Positions 23,312 to 33,437 of a stretch of DNA of 35,228 bases are shown here, piece after piece. The notes below the pieces were generated by a model, which was not told the DNA's origin, searched no databases, and was given only the letters and a program-made list of their open reading frames with translations. Origin of the DNA: an uncultured archaeon (GTDB lineage Archaea; Aenigmatarchaeota; Aenigmatarchaeia; Aenigmatarchaeales; Aenigmatarchaeaceae); the NCBI GenBank assembly GCA_964421545.1, contig CAYQXC010000001.1, forward strand, positions 1-35,228. The letters are read 5' to 3'. Numbering within the stretch: position 1 is the first letter of the stretch; the number at the start of each line of letters is the position of its first letter. Both the position numbers and the translations under genes were made by a program.

Positions 23312-24598
23312 CTACTTGACCTCTTTTAAAAGGTCCTCGCACTTTTCAATGAACTTTTCCTGTGTGCCCGAGGGTATTGTCGCTCCAGCCGCGAACTCGT
23401 GCCCCCCGCCTCTTCCTTCGCAGAAACTGGCAGCCTCAGTGATTACTCTTCTTATGTCAACATTTTTCGACCTTCCAGATATCTTTATGCCGTCCTCTGC
23501 GTTCGCAAGGCCGAGCAGGGTCTTTTCAGAGGGCTTGAACAGCATGGAGACAATTGTCCCGATAAGGCTGTCATTGATGTTGTCCCCGGCCATTATGTAG
23601 TTTGCATGTTCTGTCTGTTTGATGCTTTCCTTGTTGTTCTCGACCCACTTCATGTAGTTGCCTATGAGCCTTCTGTATCCCCTCACAACCCCCCTTGCGG
23701 CTTTCAGGGCCTTCTCGCTTCCTAAACAAAGGGCTATCCCAGTCGCCGACTCGTTCATGTTGGCGCATGCGTTCAGGGTCATTGCAAACTCCTTGGGGTC
23801 CCTCAGCTCCTCAGGGAAGTTCTTGATAGTAAGGTTGTTGTTGAATAATTTTTTTGACTTGAACTTGCCGCACTTCAGGCTCTCCTTGACAATGGCGTCT
23901 GCGAGCCTTTTCCTCTCCTCATCGTTCAGGTCGCTTGGTGTTACCCATTCACCATCCTTTTGAGGGTCAATGCCTATCTCCGACAGGAACTGGATTGACT
24001 TTGAGGAGTTGTCTATGCTTGGTATGTTGGAATAAGACAGTGACTTGTACAGAGGCCTGGAAAACCTTCCGAAGAGGTTCAAGCCCATCTCAGCTTCTAT
24101 TAATGGCGTTTCAAAGAGCTTTGAGTCGGGAGAGTAGTTCACATCTCCTATTGTCCCAACAATTGCCAAAGGTGCCAGATAGTTGTCATGCAGGGCCTCC
24201 CTTGCCAGAAGATATGTTATGCCAGCACCGGCCATACTAAGTTCAAAGTCTAGAGGATTTATGTGAATCATGTTGTCAGAGGGTGTTCCCTCAACCTCAT
24301 GGTGGTCCAGAATTATCATGTCAGCCTTTATTTTTTTCAGAATGTCCAGATAACCGGAGCCTATGTCAGTGAATATGACAAGCTCGGGCTTCCTGCTCTC
24401 AAGCATCTCCACAATTTCAGGCTTGACCATTTTCTCAATTGTTATCTGGAATTTTTTGTTTAATTTGATTAGGACAGCTGCTATTATTGCAGCAGCGCTC
24501 AGGCCGTCAGCATCCATGTGAGAGACAATTTGTATCATGCTGTCTGTTTCTTTTATTTTTTCAATGGCATTGTTAAGAAGAGTAGTAAGTTCCTTCAT
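23312..24598 (-). CDS. DHH-family RecJ-like nuclease (archaeal GAN/Cdc45-like)
   Basis: SHMDADGLSAAAI, ILDHHE and GGGHEFAAG motifs. Conserved archaeal neighbourhood between rps15 and rps3ae. Confidence 0.8.
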   Translation of the reverse strand: MKELTTLLNNAIEKIKETDSMIQIVSHMDADGLSAAAIIAAVLIKLNKKFQITIEKMVKPEIVEMLESRKPELVIFTDIGSGYLDILKKIKADMIILDHHEVEGTPSDNMIHINPLDFELSMAGAGITYLLAREALHDNYLAPLAIVGTIGDVNYSPDSKLFETPLIEAEMGLNLFGRFSRPLYKSLSYSNIPSIDNSSKSIQFLSEIGIDPQKDGEWVTPSDLNDEERKRLADAIVKESLKCGKFKSKKLFNNNLTIKNFPEELRDPKEFAMTLNACANMNESATGIALCLGSEKALKAARGVVRGYRRLIGNYMKWVENNKESIKQTEHANYIMAGDNINDSLIGTIVSMLFKPSEKTLLGLANAEDGIKISGRSKNVDIRRVITEAASFCEGRGGGHEFAAGATIPSGTQEKFIEKCEDLLKEVK

Positions 24599-24626
24599 CA
24601 GAGTTATATTGTCTGTAACTAATTTA

Positions 24627-25085
24627 TTATTTTGCTGTCTCTACTATCAGCTTTGCCCTTTCAGGCTCGTACTTGAAGCCGGCTGGCAGTTTCTTGTTCT
24701 TAACGTAGTACTTTATCAGCCTTCTTATCTTGCTCTCCTGGAGCTCCAGACCGTGCTTGGAAGTGTAGTCCTTCTTGTTCTTTGCCATGTGGTCCCTGAG
24801 GTTTACTGCATTCCTCAGCAGGCTTAGAAGGTCCTCGGGTATCTTTGACAGGAGGTTGTTCTCCTCGAGAATCTTGGTAATGGTCTTGTTGGTGATCTGC
24901 CTTACAGAAGGTATGCCGTACTGGTCTCTAAGGACTAAGCCTATCTTGGCCACTTCAAGACCGTCCTTTCTCATCTTCAGGACCAGCCTCTCCACTTCCT
25001 TGTCAGTGTAAGTGACCCACTTCACCTTGGCTGATGGCCTCTTGCTCCCGGCCTTGCCTTTTTTTCTTGAGTGCATTCTTGCCAT
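24627..25085 (-). CDS. rps15: 30S ribosomal protein uS15
   Basis: [17 protein letters not shown]... N-terminus and C-terminal S15 fold motifs (..[31 protein letters not shown]). Confidence 0.9.
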   Translation of the reverse strand: MARMHSRKKGKAGSKRPSAKVKWVTYTDKEVERLVLKMRKDGLEVAKIGLVLRDQYGIPSVRQITNKTITKILEENNLLSKIPEDLLSLLRNAVNLRDHMAKNKKDYTSKHGLELQESKIRRLIKYYVKNKKLPAGFKYEPERAKLIVETAK

Positions 25086-25086
25086 A

Positions 25087-25365
25087 TTAAACCTCTATGA
25101 ACTGCGATATTATATAAATCACTATGCCGACCATCACGAAAAACGCGCCCAGCACGCCCATGAGTATTGTTCCTTGGACAAAGCTGCCAATCCCGATGCC
25201 CAGTGCAACCAGCACGCCTGAGATGACTATTATGACGAAGCTTATGTTCTCCACATAATCCTTCCTGTTGCTGCCTTCCAGCCACTTCCTGAAGTCAAAC
25301 CTTCTCTTAACTACTGGCTTTTCAGCATGCGTTGCTTCTGTTGCTTGCTCAGTTTTTTCTTCCAT
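25087..25365 (-). CDS. Small membrane protein (2 TM)
   Basis: Charged N-terminus followed by two hydrophobic helices. Overlaps the bud32 3' end by 17 nt. Confidence 0.4.
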   Translation of the reverse strand: MEEKTEQATEATHAEKPVVKRRFDFRKWLEGSNRKDYVENISFVIIVISGVLVALGIGIGSFVQGTILMGVLGAFFVMVGIVIYIISQFIEV

Positions 25366-25996
25366 CTCTTTTCACATATCTTCCTCTTTTTTCTATGTTA
25401 TCTAAAGCTTCCAAAACTTTATTAAAATTATTGTTCGTCTGCTTATAACCTTTTATAAAACTGTCCCATAAAAGATTTAAATGTTTAAAATGGGTCGATT
25501 TGAAGGCCTCCTTCATGACTGACAGGTCAACTGCCAGGCTCTCTATTCTCTTGGTGAACTCGCCCAGCCCGAAGTCTATCAGGTATATTTCCCCATCCTT
25601 CAGAATCATGTTGCTTGTTGTCAGGTCGCCGTGTACTATGCCTTGCTTGTGCAATGTGCCAACAGCCTTTCCCACATCCTCTGCTGTTTTTTCCCTATTT
25701 TTATCATTTGTTTCATTGAGGAACTCCTTCAGCCTTTCCCCGTCAATATATTCCATGGTTATCTTGCTGTTCTTCTCGTCGACAGAAACTATTGTGGGGG
25801 TGTTGACGCCGCACCTTCTTGCGTCTGAGAGCAGCTTTGCCTCCCTTCTCGTCCTCCCTCTCCTCAATTCCGTGTCTATTTGCGGTAGACGGTAGCTTTT
25901 CTTGATTCTCTCCTTGACAAGACTTTCTTTCTCTAAGTAAAGAATGGCTTCTGCGCCCCGCTTTATTATCTCCATAAAATCAGTTGTAGAGTACAA
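25349..25996 (-). CDS. bud32: KEOPS kinase/ATPase Bud32 (stand-alone)
   Basis: RGAEAILY.., IVHGDLTTSNMIL and IDFGL motifs. Small (215 aa) RIO-like kinase. Confidence 0.8.
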   Translation of the reverse strand: MYSTTDFMEIIKRGAEAILYLEKESLVKERIKKSYRLPQIDTELRRGRTRREAKLLSDARRCGVNTPTIVSVDEKNSKITMEYIDGERLKEFLNETNDKNREKTAEDVGKAVGTLHKQGIVHGDLTTSNMILKDGEIYLIDFGLGEFTKRIESLAVDLSVMKEAFKSTHFKHLNLLWDSFIKGYKQTNNNFNKVLEALDNIEKRGRYVKRDGRKN

Positions 25997-26026
25997 CTTA
26001 AATAAATTTCTTAATAAAATTTAATA

Positions 26027-26338
26027 ATGGAACGATGGAAAGAGAATCGAAGGATTCTCAATAATGTGGGTCTGGTTAAAGACAATTCACTGAAAATATT
26101 TTGTCCTAGAACATCTTATACTCTTCTAACAAACTTTTCTATTGAAGAAAACTTTGATCCCCTTAATCACCCACCACCACACTTAAAAAATGAGTTTAGA
26201 GAATTTCCCTGTAAGACCTGTATAAATAGTAGGAGCGAAGGCGAATATGATGAAAATGAAGGGAGTTGGTATGAGTTTAAATGTGTTTTTTACGGGGGAA
26301 GAGTAATTGAGTTGGGAATTCCAGTTTCTAAAAAATAG
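26027..26338 (+). CDS. Hypothetical protein
   Basis: 103-aa AT-rich ORF with no motif. Confidence 0.3.
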   Translation: MERWKENRRILNNVGLVKDNSLKIFCPRTSYTLLTNFSIEENFDPLNHPPPHLKNEFREFPCKTCINSRSEGEYDENEGSWYEFKCVFYGGRVIELGIPVSKK

Positions 26339-26341
26339 ATG

Positions 26342-26415
26342 TGGGCGAGGAGAGATTCGAACTCACGATCTCCACGTTATCAGCGTGGCGCTTTACCAGG
26401 CTAAGCTACCCGCCC
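26342..26415 (-). tRNA. tRNA-Ile(GAU)
   Basis: Reverse complement is GGGCGGG-UA-GCUUAGCCUGGUAAAGC-G-CCACG-CUGAUAA-CGUGG-AGAUC-GUGAG-UUCGAAU-CUCUC?-CUCGCCC-A. Intronless cloverleaf with anticodon GAU. Confidence 0.88.
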
Positions 26416-26455
26416 TTGAAGATAAATATTATTACAATATTTTTAAATGTGCTTC

Positions 26456-26779
26456 CTAGCGCTTTTGCTTTACTCTGGACAAGAAGTAGGTCATTAAGAC
26501 AGCTATGATGGTTACTGCCACAGCAACAAAGAACTTGTAGACGAGGTCGCTGCCCTCAGGAAACATAGTCTTTATAGCTGACTTTATGGCGTCGTTCCAG
26601 CTCAGGGCGGACACAAGACCGAATGCAGAGACTATCAGAGTGATGAAGTTCTCCCTGAACCTTTTGGTCAGGTCAGAAAACTCGTTGTTTATTATCATCC
26701 TTCTTCTGTGGGTTTTCCAGCTAGCCTTTTTGGAGGTCTTCTTTATTGAATTGGAAATTTTTGCTATCAAAAAAATCAC
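26456..26779 (-). CDS. Small membrane protein (2 TM). Start uncertain: GTG 26779 or ATG 26698.
   Basis: ..FITLIVSAFGLVSALSWNDAIKSAIKTMFP...FFVAVAVTIIAVLMTYFL. Confidence 0.45.
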   Translation of the reverse strand: MIFLIAKISNSIKKTSKKASWKTHRRRMIINNEFSDLTKRFRENFITLIVSAFGLVSALSWNDAIKSAIKTMFPEGSDLVYKFFVAVAVTIIAVLMTYFLSRVKQKR

Positions 26780-26853
26780 CGGGTTATTTTATTAGTTAGA
26801 ATAATTCTTAAAGATTCTACTGCTTCAGAATAAAAAATAATTTAAATGTAAAT

Positions 26854-26925
26854 GGACCGACTGGGAATCGAACCCAGAATCTCTACCGTGCGAGGGTAGC
26901 GCCTTACCGTTCGGCTATCGGCCCG
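26854..26925 (-). tRNA. tRNA-Ala(CGC)
   Basis: Reverse complement is GGGCCGA-UA-GCC..GGC-G-CUACC-CUCGCAC-GGUAG-..-CUGGG-UUCGAUU-CCCAG-UCGGUCC-A. The G3:U70 identity pair is present. Confidence 0.88.
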
Positions 26926-26956
26926 CTATTTAAATTATAATGCTTAAACATATTTT

Positions 26957-27673
26957 ATGATTATCTCTGCCATATCAGATCTGGATGTTCTGGGCCTGGA
27001 CATGGAGCCGTTCTGGGACATTATGAAAAAGGCCAGGAAGCCTGACCTGCTGCTCTTTGCGGGCGACATGTACGAGTTTGAGAATCCAGAGGCTTATGGT
27101 CTGATACTTGATTTCATCAAGCTGATAAAGTGGGACTGTCCCATAGTTGCTGTTTTCGGGAACAGGGAGTTTGACGAGGAGATTGATGACATCAAGAAGG
27201 CGAGCAAAAACAAGATAAAGTTTCTCAATGAGGAAAGCACTGAATTGAAAATAAAGGGCAAGAGCATTGGTATAGTTGGCTCAAGAGGCTCCTTAGACAT
27301 TCCTACATGGTGGCAGTTCAATCACGTTTTAGGCATAGGCGACACTTACAAGGAGAGGACAGAAAAAATCAAAGAAATGCTAGCCGGTTTGAAGACTGAC
27401 ATAAAGATACTTCTCACTCACTATTCTCCTACATACAAAACATTGAAAGGCGAGAGTCCGAAATATTATGGTGGCATGGGTTCCAAGAAGCTTGAGAAGG
27501 TTCTCAAGGAGACAAGGCCCACGTTTGCTGTGCACGGCCATGCCCACTACGGCATACCCTTGGCCTTTGTCGAGGGAGTCCCTGTTTTCAATGTCTGCTT
27601 TGAATTGAACAAGAGAATTGTGGAAATAGACCCGGAGAAACTGCCTAAAACAGGGCTGAAAAAGTTTGTTTGA
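26957..27673 (+). CDS. Calcineurin-like metallophosphoesterase
   Basis: GDMYE, GNREFD, ..THYSP.. and HGHAH motifs. Confidence 0.75.
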   Translation: MIISAISDLDVLGLDMEPFWDIMKKARKPDLLLFAGDMYEFENPEAYGLILDFIKLIKWDCPIVAVFGNREFDEEIDDIKKASKNKIKFLNEESTELKIKGKSIGIVGSRGSLDIPTWWQFNHVLGIGDTYKERTEKIKEMLAGLKTDIKILLTHYSPTYKTLKGESPKYYGGMGSKKLEKVLKETRPTFAVHGHAHYGIPLAFVEGVPVFNVCFELNKRIVEIDPEKLPKTGLKKFV

Positions 27674-27721
27674 ATCTCAAAGCAAAAACATTTATGTATT
27701 TATAATCATAAAAGTCCTTCT

Positions 27722-30112
27722 ATGCAAAAGAGATATGACCCTAAGGAAGTTGAAGCTAGGATAAAGGATTTTTGGAAAGAGAGCAATATCTTCAAATTTG
27801 ACAAAGATAGCAAAAAACCCATATTTTCTATTGATACTCCACCGCCAACAATATCTGGTTTGATTCATGTCGGTCATGTTCTAGGATATGCTTCGTCGGA
27901 ATTTATTGCCAGATACAGGAGGATGAGAGGATTTAACATCTTTTATCCAATGGGATTTGATGACAATGGATTACCAAGCGAGAGATATGTAGAAAAGAAG
28001 TTGAAAATAAGGGCTGCAGACCTTCCAAGAGATGAATTTATTAAATTATGTTTAAAGGAAACCAAGATAGGAGGCGATGAATTTAGAAATGTGTGGGAAG
28101 AATTAGGAATTTCGGTTGATTGGAATTTGTTATACAGCACTATAAACCCCTTGTGTAGAAAAATATCCCAGGAATCCTTCATTGATTTGTATAGAAAAAA
28201 TAGGGTCTATAAAAAAGAGGGGCCTGTTACTTGGTGTACGTCTTGTTTAACAGCAATAGCACAGGCAGAGCTAGAGGATTTGAAAAGGAAAACATTTCTA
28301 TATACCTTGTATTTTGACATGAAAGATTCTAAGGAAAGAATAAAGATAGCAACAACAAGACCAGAGCTTTTGGCAGCCTGTGTGGCAGTCTTTGTTAATC
28401 CTAATGATAAGAGATACGAACATTTGGTTAAAAAATGGGCCATTATTCCTTTGTTCGGACAAGAAGTTCCTATAATGGAAGATGATGGAGTTGATATGGA
28501 ATTTGGAACTGGTATAGTTATGGTTTGTACCTTTGGTGACAGAACAGACTTTGACTGGTGGATAAAGCATAAACTTCCTTTGAAGATAGTCATTGACAAA
28601 CAAGGAAAGCTAATCGGAGATACAGGAAAATACAAAGGATTAAGATTGGTAGAGGCTAGGCAGAAAATTTTACAAGACTTGGAAGAAAAGGGCTATTTGA
28701 TTGAAAATGAAGAAATCGAGCAGACTGTTAATGTTCATGATAAATGCGGAACACCAATAGAGTTCTATATTTCCAAGCAGTGGTATGTAAGAATCCTAGA
28801 CCTAAAAGAAAATTTCATTGAAATGGGGGACAAAATCAAATGGCACCCAGAATACATGAGAATAAGATACAAACAATGGGTTGAAGGGCTAAACATAGAT
28901 TGGTGCATTTCTAGGCAGAGATATTATGGTATTCCTTTCCCCGTTTGGTATTGTAAAAAATGTGATTCTATAATGCTGGCAGATGAGGAAGACCTTCCAG
29001 TTGATCCATTGAGAGATAAACCAAAGAAAAAGTGTTCTTGTGGTTCAAATGAATTCGAGCCTGACAGGGATATTATGGATACATGGGCCACATCATCTTT
29101 AACGCCTTTGATAAATGCAAAATGGAAGGAAGGGAACAACTTAATGGATAAAATATATCCATTCAGCCTAAGACCCCAAGGATATGACATCATAAGAACA
29201 TGGGCATTTTATACTATTGTAAAGAGCCATTTCCATACAAAAAACATTCCTTGGGAGAATGTTATGATAAATGGAATGGGTCTTGATACTAAAGGGAAAG
29301 CAATGCACAAGTCAAGAGGAAATGTTATAGAGCCTTTGCCAATAAAGGAAAAATATTCTGCAGATGCATTGAGATTCTGGGTAGCTTCTGCAAAACTCGG
29401 TAATGACTTGCCATATCATGAAAAAGACGTTGTTACTGGGCAAAAACTCTTGACAAAGATGTGGAACGCATCAAGATTCGTAAGCCAGTTTATTTCCAAA
29501 AAAGAAAAACCAGAACTGAAAACAATGGACAAGTGGATATTGGGAAAACTAATGAAATTAGTAAAAGAATCTACAAACAGTTTTGATAATTACGAGTATG
29601 CTGATTCAAAAAGAGAAACAGAAATATTCTTCTGGCACACATTCGCTGACAATTATTTGGAGATTGTCAAATACAGAGCTTATGCTGATGATATTTCTGC
29701 AAAATGGACCTTGTACAAGACACTGTTAACAATCTTAAAATTATTTTCCCCAATAATACCCTTCATAACAGAAGAAATCTACCAGAAAATGTTCAAAGAG
29801 CATGAGAAGGACGTCTCAATCCATGTTTCCTTATGGCCGGAGGTTGAAAAGGAATTTGTAAACAAGGAAACAGAGGAGATAGGGGATATGACAGTTGCAA
29901 TAATTTCCTCTTTAAGGCAATACAAGAGCAGCAAAGGCTTGGCACTTAATTCTGAGGTCGAGACCCTCACAATAGAGTGTGATGAGGAATCTAGAAAGAA
30001 GCTTGAAAACACATTGGAAGATATAAAGGGGACAATGAAGGTAAAGGATATAGAGTTCGGAAAAGGGGAAATGGAAGTCGAGGGATACAAGATAAAGCTT
30101 GGTGTTATGTGA
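27722..30112 (+). CDS. valS: Valyl-tRNA synthetase
   Basis: IDTPPPTISGLIHVGH (HIGH motif). Editing-domain ATTRPELL. DWCISRQRYYGIPFPVW. GKAMHKSRGN (KMSKS motif). The 796-aa size fits archaeal ValRS. Confidence 0.85.
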   Translation: MQKRYDPKEVEARIKDFWKESNIFKFDKDSKKPIFSIDTPPPTISGLIHVGHVLGYASSEFIARYRRMRGFNIFYPMGFDDNGLPSERYVEKKLKIRAADLPRDEFIKLCLKETKIGGDEFRNVWEELGISVDWNLLYSTINPLCRKISQESFIDLYRKNRVYKKEGPVTWCTSCLTAIAQAELEDLKRKTFLYTLYFDMKDSKERIKIATTRPELLAACVAVFVNPNDKRYEHLVKKWAIIPLFGQEVPIMEDDGVDMEFGTGIVMVCTFGDRTDFDWWIKHKLPLKIVIDKQGKLIGDTGKYKGLRLVEARQKILQDLEEKGYLIENEEIEQTVNVHDKCGTPIEFYISKQWYVRILDLKENFIEMGDKIKWHPEYMRIRYKQWVEGLNIDWCISRQRYYGIPFPVWYCKKCDSIMLADEEDLPVDPLRDKPKKKCSCGSNEFEPDRDIMDTWATSSLTPLINAKWKEGNNLMDKIYPFSLRPQGYDIIRTWAFYTIVKSHFHTKNIPWENVMINGMGLDTKGKAMHKSRGNVIEPLPIKEKYSADALRFWVASAKLGNDLPYHEKDVVTGQKLLTKMWNASRFVSQFISKKEKPELKTMDKWILGKLMKLVKESTNSFDNYEYADSKRETEIFFWHTFADNYLEIVKYRAYADDISAKWTLYKTLLTILKLFSPIIPFITEEIYQKMFKEHEKDVSIHVSLWPEVEKEFVNKETEEIGDMTVAIISSLRQYKSSKGLALNSEVETLTIECDEESRKKLENTLEDIKGTMKVKDIEFGKGEMEVEGYKIKLGVM

Positions 30113-30117
30113 TTTTT

Positions 30118-31197
30118 ATGGTGGAGGAACACATTTACAAACTTAGGAAGCTCCTGAAGGAGTTGGATAATATCAAGGGAAGGCACACTGAGATGGTCAG
30201 TGTTTATGTTCCTGCTGGCTTCAACCTGCAGGAGATTGTCAACATGCTCAGGCAGGAATATACGTTAACAGAAAATGTCAAGAACAAGACTGTGAGGAAC
30301 AATGTGCTTGGGGCTATAGACAAGATACTCTCAGAATTAAAGCTGTTCAAGAAGACTCCAAAGAACGGCTTGGTTCTGTTTGCTGGTAACATTTCAGAAA
30401 GCGAGGGCCAAAGTGACATAGGTCTTTGGTCATTTGAGCCCCCGGAGCCTCTAGGGATTAAGAAATACTGGTGCGACAAGAAGTTCGAGCTAGACCCCTT
30501 GAAAGAGATGATTGAGGAAAAAGAGGTTTATGGCTTAATTGTTCTGGATAACAAGGAGGCCTCTATTGGATTGCTGAAAGGAAAGAAAATAGAGATGCTG
30601 AAAGAGATAAGCTCAATTGTTCCTGGCAAGTTCAGGAAGGGCGGGCAGTCCGCGCAGAGGTTCCAAAGAGTAAGAGAAGGTTTGATAAACGACTGGTACA
30701 AGAAGATTGCCCGTATTGCAAGGGAATATTTCTCTAGGACAAAGAACATCAAGGGATTAATCATAGGAGGTCCTGGTCCTGCCAAGAACGACTTCTTTGA
30801 TGGGGACTATCTATTGACTGATATTAAGAAAAAGGTTCTAGGCATTAAGAACACTGGCTACACAGACGAGCAGGGGCTTGAGGAGATGGTCCAGAGGTCG
30901 CAGGACATACTGGCCGAGGCGGCTGTTGCAAAGGAAAAGGCCTTACTCAAGAAGTTCTTCGAGGAGCTGAGAAAGAACAGCGGTCTGTCTGCTTACGGCA
31001 AGGAGAAGATTATGAAAATCCTGGAAATGGGGGCTGTTGAAATCATACTTATTTCTGACGGGCTGGAATTCGAGGAGATAACAGAGAAGGCAAAGGAGTT
31101 CGGGACAAGCGTTGAGATAATGTCAAAGGACACAAGAGAAGGGGAGCAGCTATTTGAGCTGGGCGGCATGGGTGCTATCCTGAGATGGAAGGTCTGA
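30118..31197 (+). CDS. prf1: Peptide chain release factor aRF1 (variant NIKS motif)
   Basis: GGQ motif (KFRKGGQSAQRF). YWCDKKF (YxCxxxF). GRHTEMVSVYVP. TENVKNKTVRNNV sits where ..SNIKSK.TR.NV.. is expected. C-terminus GGMGAILRW. Confidence 0.85.
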   Translation: MVEEHIYKLRKLLKELDNIKGRHTEMVSVYVPAGFNLQEIVNMLRQEYTLTENVKNKTVRNNVLGAIDKILSELKLFKKTPKNGLVLFAGNISESEGQSDIGLWSFEPPEPLGIKKYWCDKKFELDPLKEMIEEKEVYGLIVLDNKEASIGLLKGKKIEMLKEISSIVPGKFRKGGQSAQRFQRVREGLINDWYKKIARIAREYFSRTKNIKGLIIGGPGPAKNDFFDGDYLLTDIKKKVLGIKNTGYTDEQGLEEMVQRSQDILAEAAVAKEKALLKKFFEELRKNSGLSAYGKEKIMKILEMGAVEIILISDGLEFEEITEKAKEFGTSVEIMSKDTREGEQLFELGGMGAILRWKV

Positions 31198-31680
31198 TCA
31201 TTTCAATATTTCTACATGGTCAGAGGCGTGCCTCAGGGAGATAGCCAAGCCAGAGTCTGCTGCTATCAATACTGTCACCTTGCCTCTTTCCTTGGCCATC
31301 TGTACCAGAGGCAGGAAGTCAGCGTCCCTTGACGACAAGGCAATCACATCTATCTCAGGATTGTAAATAGCCTCCATTGCATGGACAGCTATTGAGACGT
31401 CAACATCAGTCTTCTGCTCGGGATCTCCAAGAGCTATAATAGTCTCGAATCCCTCATTGGCAACAGCCTCTATGAGCTTGTCAGAGGCGAACTGGTTAAG
31501 GAAAACCTTGCCAATGGCGATTCTCCCATACTTTTCGACCCTTCTTTTGATGTCCTTAAGGTTAAGGTTAAACTCCTTCCTTATCATATTGGGGCCGTCC
31601 AAGAAAAAGGCGACCTTGGGCCTGTCAACTATAGTCTTTCTTATCCTGTCCAAGCCAGTCTTAACACCTTCGAAAACCAT
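31198..31680 (-). CDS. NYN-domain (LabA/PIN-like) protein
   Basis: VAFFLDGPNM... D..V.....D.IAL.S.D.DF.PL pattern typical of NYN/DUF88 proteins. Confidence 0.65.
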   Translation of the reverse strand: MVFEGVKTGLDRIRKTIVDRPKVAFFLDGPNMIRKEFNLNLKDIKRRVEKYGRIAIGKVFLNQFASDKLIEAVANEGFETIIALGDPEQKTDVDVSIAVHAMEAIYNPEIDVIALSSRDADFLPLVQMAKERGKVTVLIAADSGLAISLRHASDHVEILK

Positions 31681-31729
31681 TTACACACCTACCCTTATAA
31701 TAAGTCTAATCTTTTTATACGATTAGCTT

Positions 31730-32044
31730 TCAACCCTCGTCAGGCAGTCTCGGGACTGGAGGGTTTTTAGGTGCAGACGGTGCTCTAGTAGGAGGTGCCA
31801 TTTGCTGCCTATTGCCAGCTCTTGCAGAAGGTGCTGCCTGTTCAATCGACTTTTTAATAACAGGCGAAAATCTTATGCTTTTCAGGAGGAACCTCACCTC
31901 TTCCAACTGGAGGGTCAGGTCCCTTCTCAATTTCCTCAAGTCTCTAAGCTCTATCATTGAAAAAATGATATAAAACAACATAGCAATGTTCAAAAACAGC
32001 AGAAACTCTGCTATAGGCATTTCAAAACCTAATACCAATACCAT
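31730..32044 (-). CDS. Small single-TM protein with a Pro-rich tail (paralog B)
   Basis: MVLVLGFEMPIAEFLLFLNIAMLFYIIFSMIELRDLRKLRRDL.. aligns with the neighbouring ORF. Internal ATG chosen to avoid overlap with paralog A. Confidence 0.5.
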   Translation of the reverse strand: MVLVLGFEMPIAEFLLFLNIAMLFYIIFSMIELRDLRKLRRDLTLQLEEVRFLLKSIRFSPVIKKSIEQAAPSARAGNRQQMAPPTRAPSAPKNPPVPRLPDEG

Positions 32045-32105
32045 CAAAACACCATATAAGATATTACAGGTCGGATTAATAAAATTAGCCCTTATACATA
32101 TAGAA

Positions 32106-32381
32106 CTAGTACATGCCCTCTCTTCTGGTTTCCTCAATTTTTGGCTGTTGAGATGTGCTTTCAGGGTATGTTGGCCTTCTGGTAATATATTCAATTTTTT
32201 CAGGGGTTTTAGACCTTTTTATCATCTCTTCTAGGTCCTTTCTCAGCTTGATAAGGCTCCTTATTTCTAGCATGCTTATTATGACATATATGAGCATGAT
32301 TATGTTCAGAATAAGCAGGAACTCTAGGATTGGCAGGTCTAGCCCGAAAACAATCACATTGCCAGTAATGATGCTTGCCAT
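32106..32381 (-). CDS. Small single-TM protein (paralog A)
   Basis: ..LDLPILEFLLILNIIMLIYVIISMLEIRSLIKLRKDL.. is collinear with paralog B. Confidence 0.5.
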   Translation of the reverse strand: MASIITGNVIVFGLDLPILEFLLILNIIMLIYVIISMLEIRSLIKLRKDLEEMIKRSKTPEKIEYITRRPTYPESTSQQPKIEETRREGMY

Positions 32382-32389
32382 TCAACTCA

Positions 32390-33352
32390 CTAGATCCTCC
32401 TGAACAACAGGAAAGAGCCTGTTATAATTATTGCAATTACAGTAATTAAAAACACAAAGCTGTAATTAACTCCCCCCTTCTCTCCGATTTTAAACACTAT
32501 TGAGTCCTCATCAAGCACAGCAAACCCTGTTATGGCTTTGGCTCTTATCATGTACTCCCCTGGGTTTGAAAAGGTCAGATTAACCTTGTAGTCTATCCTG
32601 CCGCTTAAAATATCAAGGTAAACCGTCTGTGTGCCGTCCTTTATCACCTGAAGTTCTGTTGTCGAGGCATTGTCAAAGCTTTTGACATTGACCTCATATA
32701 TCTTGTTGCCCGTTTGCCTCAGGTAAAGGAACAGCGGCTTGTATGTCAAATTAATTGTCTTGTTGCCTGTTGCATAGGGCGTCACAGCTACTAGGTTGTA
32801 TTCGCCACCAGTTTCCGGCGCGTAGACATTAAAGGAAAGGTTTTTTGTTTCCCCTGCTTCCAAGACGACATTCTGATATTCTCCGAGAAGTTCGACTGTT
32901 GTGTCTATTGGGGATATGGGACTTTCTATACTTACATTTGCATTGAAAAGATCGCCTGTCTCGACTTGGTCTGGAGCAAAAACGTTTATCTTGACAAAAG
33001 GCGATTCTTTAAGTTCTGGCTGTTCTGATGGATTTTCCACTTCCGGTTCTGTTGAAGTGCTTGTTTCGCCTGTTGTCACGCCGCTGTCTGGTGTTGCCCC
33101 ACCACCAGGTCCACCCGGCGGGGTTGTTGTGCAACTCCTGGACTCAGAGGGTTTGTCATACGTTGTGTCGCAGGCATTGGAGTCAGTGCATGTCCTTGTC
33201 TGGGTTCCACCTACACAATCAGACCAGCCCGTGCAGGACCAGCTTTCCGTGCATGTCTCGTTTCCATACTCTATGGTTATTTCCACAACATCAGCAAGAA
33301 CCATGGGTAAAAGCATAAGCGAAAAAATGAGCAAAGCCAGTATAGATTTCAT
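32390..33352 (-). CDS. Secreted, C-terminally anchored surface protein with an N-terminal six-Cys module
   Basis: Signal peptide. CTESWSCTGWSDCVGGTQTRTCTDSNACD...C. PPGGPGGG linker. Ig-like beta-rich region with N-x-S/T sites. C-terminal TM VFLITVIAIIITGSFLLF. Confidence 0.6.
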   Translation of the reverse strand: MKSILALLIFSLMLLPMVLADVVEITIEYGNETCTESWSCTGWSDCVGGTQTRTCTDSNACDTTYDKPSESRSCTTTPPGGPGGGATPDSGVTTGETSTSTEPEVENPSEQPELKESPFVKINVFAPDQVETGDLFNANVSIESPISPIDTTVELLGEYQNVVLEAGETKNLSFNVYAPETGGEYNLVAVTPYATGNKTINLTYKPLFLYLRQTGNKIYEVNVKSFDNASTTELQVIKDGTQTVYLDILSGRIDYKVNLTFSNPGEYMIRAKAITGFAVLDEDSIVFKIGEKGGVNYSFVFLITVIAIIITGSFLLFRRI

Positions 33353-33437
33353 AATTATTATTTTGATATTTCATATAAAAGTATAGTTATATTTATTCAT
33401 AGGTTAAAGAAATTTATTGCATTCTTCGCACAATTCC

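Noticed and set aside
30109-30117. GTG start for aRF1 overlapping the valS stop
   Set aside because: The ATG at 30118 gives an N-terminus (MVEEHIYKLRK..) that aligns better with aRF1 N-termini. The GTG extension adds only MIF.
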